From a bacterium (lineage in GTDB: Bacteria; Zhuqueibacterota; Zhuqueibacteria; Zhuqueibacterales; Zhuqueibacteraceae), in contig JBIOXB010000143.1 in NCBI GenBank assembly GCA_044869275.1, forward strand, positions 13,004-77,003: a stretch of DNA of 64,000 nucleotides. Direction: 5' to 3'. The notes under the pieces are model-generated. The model saw only the letters and a list, made by a program, of their open reading frames with translations. It did no database searches and had not been told where the DNA came from. Every line of letters begins with the position of its first letter. Positions within the stretch are counted from its first letter, which is position 1. This document shows, piece after piece, positions 48,497-56,864 of the stretch. The position numbers were made by a program, and so were the translations under genes.

Positions 48497-48750
48497 AAAG
48501 CTTTAAATTCCATTACACGGTGGGGAAGAAGCGGTCTAAAGCTTTCTGGCACAATTCCCCGGCGGGGTAAACCCGGGCAAAAGCTTCTTCACGCCATTAC
48601 CAGGCAGCGTACTCACGTCCGGAAGCTTTCTCCCGCCATTACCCCCCGGAGGAATATGCTTTGCAAGCAATTATTTGCCATTCCCCCGCGTGGTAAAGTG
48701 CTGTACGAGCTTTTTCCCACCATTACCCGCCGTGGTATCCGCGCCGGAGA
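48497..48750. repeat. Degenerate 42-bp tandem array, six units
   Basis: ATT cores at 48512, 48554, 48596, 48638, 48680 and 48722; consensus roughly AAGCTT-N6-CCATT(A/C)CCC-N-CG-N-GGTA. Spans ORF 48491-48781 (14-aa repeat KLxxxI(T/P)RRG). Confidence 0.85.
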
Positions 48751-48829
48751 TATTATTTTGGACGGATGTGACTTTCCCTAATGAAACGAAAACTGCATTA
48801 AAGATCACACATTTGCTTTCCGCCCCTTG

Positions 48830-49537
48830 ATGAAAACCAGCGATACACAAAAACTCTTCCGTTTGCAAAACAAAATCATCCGCTGCCGGTTTTGCCCCAG
48901 GCTGGTCGAATGGCGCGAACGAATAGCGCGCGAGAAAGTGAAACGCTTCGCCGAAGAGGAATACTGGGGCAAGCCGTTGCCGAGCTTCGGTGACCCCCAA
49001 GCGCGCTTATTGATTGTCGGGCTTGCGCCCGCGGCGCACGGCGGCAACCGCACCGGGCGCATGTTTACCGGCGACCGCAGCGGCGATTGGCTCTATCGCA
49101 GCCTGCACAAATTCGGCTTTGCCAATCAACCCACCTCACAACATCGCCACGATGGTTTGAAGCTGCACGATGGCTACATTGCCGCAACCTGCCGTTGCGC
49201 GCCGCCGCAAAACAAGCCTACTTTGCGGGAAATGCAAAACTGCCGGCCCTATTTGTTGGCAGAAATCAAACTGCTCCAGAATATCCGCGTCGTGGTCGCG
49301 CTCGGCAAAATCGCCTTCGAGGCCACGCTTTCTGCCTTCTCCGAACTTTATGACAGGGATTATTTTCCCAAACCCAGATTTGCGCATGGCGTAGAGTCTC
49401 CGCTGACGCCGCGCGTGACTCTGCTCGCTTCTTTTCATCCCAGCCAGCAAAATACTTTTACCGGCAGACTCACCGAGGTCATGTTCGATGCGGTATTCCA
49501 CCGTGCCCGAATGCTCGTGGCATCAGAGTGGGAATAG
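48830..49537 (+). CDS. Uracil-DNA glycosylase family 5 (UdgB-like, 4Fe-4S)
   Basis: CRFCPRL, GLAPAAHGGNRTGRMFTGD, RCAPPQNKP, FHPSQQNTFTG. Confidence 0.92.
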   Translation: MKTSDTQKLFRLQNKIIRCRFCPRLVEWRERIAREKVKRFAEEEYWGKPLPSFGDPQARLLIVGLAPAAHGGNRTGRMFTGDRSGDWLYRSLHKFGFANQPTSQHRHDGLKLHDGYIAATCRCAPPQNKPTLREMQNCRPYLLAEIKLLQNIRVVVALGKIAFEATLSAFSELYDRDYFPKPRFAHGVESPLTPRVTLLASFHPSQQNTFTGRLTEVMFDAVFHRARMLVASEWE

Positions 49538-49994
49538 TTGGATGGGTGAAAACTCTCTTGCTCCGTTTGGCCATACAAGAGCCTATCAAATGTTCACCTT
49601 CCTACAACAACCAACACGCGAGCAAGCATGCCTAAGCTCGACCCGGCCTGACACAAACACCAAAAATTTGCAAGTCATCTCAAAAATCTGACGTCTCACC
49701 AGCTTGCGTTTTCAATCAAAAACTGCGTTTGCATGTGCGCCACTTTGCCACCACCATCCCAGTTCATCCTTACTTGCCGCAAACCCTGATTTTATATGCG
49801 TGAAGCCCTGCGACAAACGCCGCTTTGAGCAACACATAGCAGGCTGAAGTGATGCGCCTTGATGAAGTAGTGTGGCATTCGATTTGTCTTCTTCAAGTCT
49901 GTCCATAAATTGAGGAACTTCATCGCCCGGCAAGAGTGAAAAGGTCGGTGCCTCTCTTCTCGCGCGAATGGTTTGCTGAATGGAGGAACTCGCC

Positions 49995-52550
49995 ATGTTC
50001 CGCTTGATACTTTCCCTGGCGCTTGCGCTGGCTCTACCCCTCTCCAGCGCCCATGCCCAAACTGAGACTTTCGAATTACAGGCTTACCGCGACTTCCTGG
50101 CCGCTCATCAGGATTTGACAGCCGGACAATTGCGCAGCTTGCATCCTGCAGCGCAATTTCGCTCCCAGGCCCGTCTGAATCTGGCTGCCACGGCCTATCT
50201 CGATTCCGTCATCGCGCTCTATGAGCTCACACCGGATGAACTTGGTTTGCTGCAGCAAAACGGCTTTGTGGTTTCCGAGCGGCTCGCGCGCCCTACTTTC
50301 GGAGAAGCGTATTTGGAAATATTCAAGCGTGATCTGCCGGTGTTCGTTTCGACCGATGCCATGCTGCATGCGCTGCACAAATCCTACGATGCCATTCTGC
50401 AGGACACTGAAACCGGTATTTTAGTCCCCAAGCTTGCCGAGTTGTTGGGCACGATGCACGCCGCCTGGCCGGGGCTGGCGGCCAAGTATGCCGGCAAACC
50501 CGCGATGCAGCCGATGCTGGCCGACGTCGATCTTTACCTTGTGCTCGCTCTGCAGCTGCTGGGCGGCAATGCCGCATTGCATGACCCAGCCAATGCCGGT
50601 GCCCTGCGAGAACTGCAAAGCTTGATTGCCGAGGAACAGCCCGCCGATTACGCGCTTTTCAGCGCCACGCCGCGCACTATTGATTTCAGCCAATTCCGGC
50701 CGCGTGGACATTACACGCAAAGGGAGGAATTGAAAAAATATTTTCAAGCCATGATCTGGCTGGGCCGCACCGAGCTGATGCTGACCAAGCCCAAGGCGCC
50801 GGGCAGCCTTCCTCCGACGGACGAAGATATTCAACGGCAAATCATCGTTTCACATCTTTTATTGGAAGCAATAGACAGCAGCGGTGCGCTGACGTTGTGG
50901 GAGGAAATGGAAGGCATCATCCGCTTTTTGGTGGGTGAAAGCGACAATGTCACGCTCAAGCATCTGGCATGGCTCGCCCAGGAGACCGGGGTGACGCAAG
51001 CGGGCGATTTGCTCGAAGGTGACCGCTGGCGTGTCTGGCAGGCGGCGCTGGTCACGAAACCGTACGCCGGGCAGCGCATTCTCTCGCAGATTCTGCTTTC
51101 CCATCCCATGCAGCCGGAGCAGATCGAGCCGCCCTCGGCGTTCATGCTGTTCGGGCAGCGCTTTGTGATCGACTCATACGTGATGGGCAACGTGGTTTAC
51201 GATCGCATTCTTTTTCAGGGCCAGAAGGTTTTGCGCATGCTGCCCTCTTCGCTCGACGTGCTGTTTGCGTTGGGCAACAACGCCAGCGCCGTTTTATTGC
51301 AGGAGGAGATGGAACGTTATCCCTATGCCGCGCAAGTCGCGGCCCTGCGTTATCTCATAGATTCATATGATGGAGATTTTTGGAGCGCGTCGTTGTACAA
51401 CGTCTGGCTGCAAGCGCTGCGTGAGTTGAATGCGGAGGGCGATCTTGCCGCCTTTCCGGCGTTCATGCAAACCGGGGCGTTTTGGCAGCAGAAGATGAAC
51501 ACGCAATTGTCCGCTTGGGCGCAGTTGCGGCATGACAATTTGCTCTATGCCAAGCAATCCTACACCGGAGGAACGACGTGCAGCTTCCCACATAGTTTTG
51601 TCGAGCCATTTCCCGATTTTTATCGCGCTTTGCATCGTTTCGCCATGCAAGCGCGAGAACGGTTTGCAGTCGTGGCGTTCGCGGAGGAAGAGAAGAAAAA
51701 CGCGATCCTGAGCTACTTTTCTCATATGTCCGGCGTGATGGATACCCTGGCGACGGTTGCCGACAAACAACTGCGCCATGCAGCGCTGGATTCCGCGGAA
51801 ACGCTTTTTCTTCGAAGCATGCTGTACGATGTCGGCGTCTGTGGCCCGGATTTCACCGGCTGGTATCCTCGCCTCTTTTATCAAGGCCCGAATGATTGCG
51901 CGACGCTCGACCTGGTGGTGGCAGACGTGCACACGCAGCCGACGGACGAGTCCGGCAATTTCGTCGGGCACGTGTTGCACGCCGGTACGGGGCCGATCAA
52001 TCTCGGCGTTTTTATTGCAGAAAATCACGCCGGCAAGTCCACCGCTTTCATCGGGCCGGTGATGAGTTATTATGAACACGTCACGATGGATTTCAAGCGC
52101 CTGACGGATGAAGAATGGCAGGAAGCCTACAAACAGTCGCCATCGCTGCGGCCGTCCTGGGTGAATGTTTATCTCGCCGATGCCAACGGCAAGCGCCGCG
52201 GGCCGGGACCACAATTGGCCACGGGCGTGGAAGACGCGCCCATGCACAACTTCGCGCCGGCCACCCATCTCCTGCACCCAAACTTTCCGAATCCTTTCAA
52301 CGCCGGCACCGTTATCCGTTTTGAGATTACGCCGGCGCTCGCCAACAACGCAGCCGTCCACCTCGGCGTTTACAACATACGCGGTGAGTTAGTGAGCGAC
52401 CTTCTCAATCGCCCGCTGCCCGCGGGGAATTATTTTGTACGTTGGGAGGGAAAAAGCCACATGGGTGCGGAAGCGGCTTCGGGAATTTATTTCTACCGTC
52501 TGCAGGTGGGAAACGTAAATGAAGTGCGGAAGCTCACGCTGTTGCGTTGA
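49995..52550 (+). CDS. Secreted DUF3160 protein with T9SS-type-A/FlgD-Ig-like C-terminal domain
   Basis: Signal peptide AHA-Q; DFSQFRPRGHY, FGQRFVIDS, WAQLRHDNLLYAKQS, VADVHT, GPVMSYYE; CTD NFPNPFN...ASGIYFYRL...KLTLLR. Confidence 0.85.
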   Translation: MFRLILSLALALALPLSSAHAQTETFELQAYRDFLAAHQDLTAGQLRSLHPAAQFRSQARLNLAATAYLDSVIALYELTPDELGLLQQNGFVVSERLARPTFGEAYLEIFKRDLPVFVSTDAMLHALHKSYDAILQDTETGILVPKLAELLGTMHAAWPGLAAKYAGKPAMQPMLADVDLYLVLALQLLGGNAALHDPANAGALRELQSLIAEEQPADYALFSATPRTIDFSQFRPRGHYTQREELKKYFQAMIWLGRTELMLTKPKAPGSLPPTDEDIQRQIIVSHLLLEAIDSSGALTLWEEMEGIIRFLVGESDNVTLKHLAWLAQETGVTQAGDLLEGDRWRVWQAALVTKPYAGQRILSQILLSHPMQPEQIEPPSAFMLFGQRFVIDSYVMGNVVYDRILFQGQKVLRMLPSSLDVLFALGNNASAVLLQEEMERYPYAAQVAALRYLIDSYDGDFWSASLYNVWLQALRELNAEGDLAAFPAFMQTGAFWQQKMNTQLSAWAQLRHDNLLYAKQSYTGGTTCSFPHSFVEPFPDFYRALHRFAMQARERFAVVAFAEEEKKNAILSYFSHMSGVMDTLATVADKQLRHAALDSAETLFLRSMLYDVGVCGPDFTGWYPRLFYQGPNDCATLDLVVADVHTQPTDESGNFVGHVLHAGTGPINLGVFIAENHAGKSTAFIGPVMSYYEHVTMDFKRLTDEEWQEAYKQSPSLRPSWVNVYLADANGKRRGPGPQLATGVEDAPMHNFAPATHLLHPNFPNPFNAGTVIRFEITPALANNAAVHLGVYNIRGELVSDLLNRPLPAGNYFVRWEGKSHMGAEAASGIYFYRLQVGNVNEVRKLTLLR

Positions 52551-52572
52551 GAGCTTATTCGAAAACCCGAGG

Positions 52573-52650
52573 ATGTCATCCCGCAGGGATCTTGGTCAGT
52601 ACGGACACGATGCCTGCATCGGGCTTGAAAGCTGAATCTACCAAGATGCT
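52573..52650. repeat. Degenerate REP-like hairpin of the TGTCAT...GATCT family
   Basis: ATGTCATCCCG...ATCTTGGT...ACCAAGAT, resembling the inner hairpin at 43327-43429. Confidence 0.45.
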
Positions 52651-52719
52651 TACAGCATTAGTCCCCCGTCTGCGGGCGCGTCATTTTTAACGGCGTTTCA
52701 ACCTCACCATGAATTTGCG

Positions 52720-54168
52720 ATGAAGGTTTCTGCGTGTCTGGTCTCCGCCGCCTTATTCTTCGCCAGGCCTGCGCCGGCGCAACAACTCTTGCCCTTCGGC
52801 CTCGAAGGCAAGACCGTCACCGGCTTGCAGGAGTTTTTCGGCACGCTCTACGCCTCCACGCAAGAACACGGCGTTTATCGCCGCCAACTTGCCGGGCAGG
52901 ATACGGGATGGATTTCCCTGGGCGTACCGGCGAAGAATTTGAATGCGATCTTCGCCTTTCACACGGTTTGCCCATTGAAGTGCTGGAAAGGCATACTTGT
53001 GGGCGCTGCGCCGGCGGAGGGCGATTCCGCGTTGTTGTATTTCTACCAACAAAGCCCCGACACTTGTGAGAAGAAGAGGCCCTGGACGGCCGCGGACAGT
53101 GGCATCGATCGCGCTTTGGTCAATCAAATCGACGCACTCGCCGGCACCGCCCTCTGCCAGCCCGTCGGGCCGGAGTTCGTCACCGCCTTCGCCGCGGGGC
53201 GGAATTTCATCTGGCGTTCATACGATCGCGGCAAGCACTGGCAACTGGCTTGGCAGGGAACTGCTTCGTCAAGAATTCTCGCGCTGGCCGCGCAAAACCG
53301 CTCTCGCTTCGATTTGACCCACGAAGAAGTGTGGGCCGGCGGATACGTCGCCGAAGGCGCGGCCCCGCTTCGCCCTCTCGTTTTGCGCTCCCTTGATTCC
53401 GGCCAGAACTGGGAGGATCGCAGTTTCTTCACGGCTTCTGCAGATGACGAAGTCTGTTACGCCGTTGCGAGCGATCCCGAAGATACGAACCTCGTCTTCG
53501 CCGCGCTGAGTAACCGTATCGTCAAATCGCAAGACGGCGGCAGAAGTTGGAATACGGTTTTGGCGAACACGCTTGCACGCTTCAGTTCCATACTCGTGCA
53601 TCCAAAAGTGACGAAATTGGTGCTGGCCGGCGGCACTGCAGCCGGCAGCAGCTTTGCACTTTATGAAAGCCGGGATGGCGGCGAACATTGGAATCTCCTG
53701 TTCGCCAATCACCCGGCGCAAGGCCTGAGCAGCATCGCGTTCGACCCCTTTCTCGCTCGCGATCCGCCGCCGCGGCCGGAGATAGCTTATCTCGCCACGC
53801 TCGGCAGCGGCGTATGGTTATACTCGCTATCGCCAACGGGAACAGGTGTGGGCGAAGAGCCGGCCGCAGGCACGTTGCGGCGCGCGCCGTTGATGACTCA
53901 GAACTTCCCCAATCCCTTCAACCCGGGGACCATGATTCGTTTCGAGATTCCTCCAGCTTTGGCAAATGCCGAAGCAAGTTTGGCGATTTACGATCTGAAT
54001 GGCGATTTGGTGCGCGAGCTTATCCAACAACGCTTGCCGGCTGGAAATCACGCCGCAAACTGGGACGGAAAAGACCAGGCAGGCGCACAGGTATCATCGG
54101 GAATCTATTTCTATCTCTTACAGGTAGGCAATGTGACGGCGATGCGTAAGCTAAGTTTGGTAAAATAA
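52720..54168 (+). CDS. Secreted BNR/Asp-box beta-propeller protein with FlgD-Ig-like CTD (paralog 1)
   Basis: Signal peptide, four SxDxGxxW Asp-boxes, CTD QNFPNPFNP...SSGIYFY...KLSLVK. Confidence 0.8.
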   Translation: MKVSACLVSAALFFARPAPAQQLLPFGLEGKTVTGLQEFFGTLYASTQEHGVYRRQLAGQDTGWISLGVPAKNLNAIFAFHTVCPLKCWKGILVGAAPAEGDSALLYFYQQSPDTCEKKRPWTAADSGIDRALVNQIDALAGTALCQPVGPEFVTAFAAGRNFIWRSYDRGKHWQLAWQGTASSRILALAAQNRSRFDLTHEEVWAGGYVAEGAAPLRPLVLRSLDSGQNWEDRSFFTASADDEVCYAVASDPEDTNLVFAALSNRIVKSQDGGRSWNTVLANTLARFSSILVHPKVTKLVLAGGTAAGSSFALYESRDGGEHWNLLFANHPAQGLSSIAFDPFLARDPPPRPEIAYLATLGSGVWLYSLSPTGTGVGEEPAAGTLRRAPLMTQNFPNPFNPGTMIRFEIPPALANAEASLAIYDLNGDLVRELIQQRLPAGNHAANWDGKDQAGAQVSSGIYFYLLQVGNVTAMRKLSLVK

Positions 54169-54366
54169 GCTGTGCAAACACAAGGCGGAAGAGCCGCAAC
54201 CCGAGAGGCCAAAAAATCTTCAACCGATAGAAAACCTCAACAGATGAAAAACTTTATCAGTTGGTTTTTTCTATCCGTAAAAATCTTTGCTCTCATTGCA
54301 CACATTTGACTGTCAAGTCACTAGCGGCTTGGCTATCGATGAAGCGAAGCACAACACAAGTTGAAT

Positions 54367-55647
54367 ATGAAAAACACTGCTGCCGCGATTCTCTATGCAT
54401 GCGTCCTGGGGATGGCCTGTTCGCGCGAACTTCCAACGCAAGGGCCAGAGGCACAAAAGCTGGGGGACATTGTCGTCGATCGGCTGGACGTAGTGATGAT
54501 TTACGACGAAACACCGGGCTTTCTTTATCCGAGGATGCGCCACGAGATCAGTTTCACCGGCCATCTAACCGTTGGCGGGTTTATTGATGAGTATTCTTAT
54601 CAAAGTGACGATCTGGGATATGGATTGATCATCGACTATATCCCCGCATACTTTCCGCCTGCAGGCGAAAAGTTCGAGCACTACGACAAACTCTGGAGCT
54701 CTCAGTTACACCAGCCCGGCGAGCTCCGCGATTTTGAATTCGGTGCCGACTCTCCGCACGCCAAGCGGCTTCTTGTGAAAGGCTCGAGACAGATTCAAGG
54801 AAGCAGCGACGGCATTCGTCCGGAACCAAACAGCCAGCAACTTACCGGCCCGATAGGGCATCACCGCCAACCGGTTTTTTCGCAAGAGGGCCGGTGGATT
54901 TTTTGCCGCCGGGACGAAAATCGTCCTGACGGACATTTGCAGCAGATCGTGAAGGTGCCGGCTCACGGCGGCGCGCCCGAAGTGATTATCGAAACAACGG
55001 AGAACCTCGGCGGTTTTGCACTTACCAATAACGACTCGATACTTACTTTCGTCGTTTGGAGTCCCCACATCAAATCCAAGCTCATTCGCCATGATTTGAC
55101 TTCCGGCGCACAAGAAACGATCACGGTGGAGGGATTCATCTGGAGCGATGACTTAGTGTGGATTCCGGACGAGCCGTTGTTTCTTACTCTTTCCGATCCC
55201 AATTCGACCTCTGATCACAGCGCCGACCTGGTGCTCGTGGATTTCAAACGCGGAACCGTGGAGACATTGGTAGATTTACCGCAATATGAGCAGGTGCAGC
55301 ATTTTGGTCTGCACCCCGGCACACGCGATCTCAGCTATGGCGTTTCAGTTGGTGCATACGCCGTCAATGTTTTGCTGATCAACCTGGATACACGACAGAC
55401 GACGACTTTCTTGAATCGTCTCGAGGCTCTCGACTTTATTTGGGCGCCGAATGGACGGGATTATGCCGTTATCAAATATCTTCAGGGAGAGGGCACGAGT
55501 ATTTTCATAAACGCGTCCGGGGTTGATCGGAGAATCACGACTTATCCCGGGAGCGACGAGAATCCACGTTTCTCGCCGGACGGGCAAAGCCTGGTATTTT
55601 CCAGCCAACGTCGTAATGAAAGCCAGATTTGGCGAATCGCCCTATAA
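54367..55647 (+). CDS. TolB-like (PD40/WD40) beta-propeller lipoprotein
   Basis: GMAC lipobox; PVFSQEG, WAPNG, PRFSPDGQSLVFSS. Confidence 0.75.
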   Translation: MKNTAAAILYACVLGMACSRELPTQGPEAQKLGDIVVDRLDVVMIYDETPGFLYPRMRHEISFTGHLTVGGFIDEYSYQSDDLGYGLIIDYIPAYFPPAGEKFEHYDKLWSSQLHQPGELRDFEFGADSPHAKRLLVKGSRQIQGSSDGIRPEPNSQQLTGPIGHHRQPVFSQEGRWIFCRRDENRPDGHLQQIVKVPAHGGAPEVIIETTENLGGFALTNNDSILTFVVWSPHIKSKLIRHDLTSGAQETITVEGFIWSDDLVWIPDEPLFLTLSDPNSTSDHSADLVLVDFKRGTVETLVDLPQYEQVQHFGLHPGTRDLSYGVSVGAYAVNVLLINLDTRQTTTFLNRLEALDFIWAPNGRDYAVIKYLQGEGTSIFINASGVDRRITTYPGSDENPRFSPDGQSLVFSSQRRNESQIWRIAL

Positions 55648-55714
55648 TCTGAAAACATTCCCACAGGTGGAAGGGCAAGGCATTCGCAGCCGTTGGAAAA
55701 TTGGGCCAAGAGAA

Positions 55715-56395
55715 ATGAGACTAAAAGTGAAAACTCTTCATGCGATTCTGTGCCTGCTCTCAACGCTAGTGCATTTGAATTGCGATTCGAGCAGGGCGCC
55801 CGACATTATGCAACCCGCGTCCGAGGTTCCTTTTACGGATTTGCAGGTTGGACAAGAATGGCGATACGCAAAATGGGAGAAGCCGTACTTTGGAAATCGT
55901 ACGTTTACTGGTGATACCGTTTCGATCACGATCATTGCCAAAGAAGGTGAGACGGTAACTTTCTACGAACGAACGGTGAATGACGGTCCCATTTCGCCTA
56001 CCGACACGGCCACATTTAGATTCCAAATTGCGCATTCACTCTTGAGGCAAGTTGGTACAAATCGCTCACGCGTCTTTGGATTCATAGCAGGCCACGACAG
56101 CGTTTTGTCGCTGACCGATATTGATTCGAATCATGTGGCCATTGACCTTGACACCTCTTTGTTTTTCATTCGGGAACAAACCGGCAAGAATCGCTTTGTG
56201 GGTCATGCTGACAGCGTTCGACTGCTTTCCGGCATATATGCTAATGTCATCGTGTATTATAATGAGATACCGACATATGTTGATGGGTTTGGATACTTGG
56301 CCATTCTTTCCCTGAAGAAGGGCATGGTGGCGACGGTTTATTTCGGCGGATTCAGTCCCATCGAGCAGTATGGATATCAATTAATAAGACCATAA
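55715..56395 (+). CDS. Hypothetical lipoprotein
   Basis: Signal peptide ending HLNC; LQVGQEWRY motif; beta-rich. Confidence 0.65.
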   Translation: MRLKVKTLHAILCLLSTLVHLNCDSSRAPDIMQPASEVPFTDLQVGQEWRYAKWEKPYFGNRTFTGDTVSITIIAKEGETVTFYERTVNDGPISPTDTATFRFQIAHSLLRQVGTNRSRVFGFIAGHDSVLSLTDIDSNHVAIDLDTSLFFIREQTGKNRFVGHADSVRLLSGIYANVIVYYNEIPTYVDGFGYLAILSLKKGMVATVYFGGFSPIEQYGYQLIRP

Positions 56396-56481
56396 TCCGG
56401 ACAAGCCGGAAACGAAAAACTCAAAACACAAAGCCCAAAGGTGGTATTGAATTCTGAGCTTTGGATTTTGGATTTCTTTGC
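56391..56481 (+). repeat. Dispersed ~95-bp element, copy 2
   Basis: CATAATCCGGACAAGCCGGAAACG...GGATTTCTTTGC, homologous to the reverse complement of 23766-23863; overlaps the stop codon of the upstream gene. Confidence 0.8.
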
Positions 56482-56570
56482 TCAAAAAGCACAGATTTCA
56501 CTTGTAATGGACTACGCATAACGCCTTTCAATGCGCTGAAATGTGAAGCAGGGAGATCGCCATATCGCGT

Positions 56571-56732
56571 TTGTTCAGAAAGTGCCATCGCCGCCTCGCC
56601 GCGCGTCTTGTCACCGCCATCGTTATTTTGCTTCCGGTGCTGCTCACGGGTTGCGGTATTTTCAGTGCGGACGACAGTGAGCCGGCCATTCGCACCGACA
56701 AAAATGAAAGATTGGTGATCGCTAGTCGGTGA
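56571..56732 (+). pseudogene. Truncated lipoprotein remnant
   Basis: Reads ...RRLAARLVTAIVILLPVLLTGC-GIFSADDSEPAIRTDKNE... and stops at the heptamer repeat. IRTDK resembles LTVDKATY / IATEKNAY in the 62902 protein. Confidence 0.55.
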
Positions 56733-56843
56733 TAGAGGATCGAAGTTAGAGGGTCGAAGATAGAGGATAGAGAATCGAGATAAAGATTGCTTCTATCTTC
56801 GATCCTCAACCTTCGATCTTCGATCCTCCGTCTTCAATTTTCG
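56731..56843. repeat. Inverted tandem 7-mer hairpin (TAGAGGA/TCGAAGA)n...(TCTTCGA)n
   Basis: About seven purine-rich heptamers then about eight complementary ones; same family as 43136-43268. Confidence 0.85.
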
Positions 56844-56864
56844 AACTACGCTGCAAGAAACACA

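Noticed and set aside
48497..48750. CRISPR array
   Set aside because: Fixed 42-bp period with similarity spread across the unit, no identical repeats with unique spacers, and no cas genes.
49712..49996. 94-aa minus-strand ORF
   Set aside because: It overlaps the RBS of the DUF3160 gene and has no recognisable motif. It may be another remnant, but I cannot support a call.
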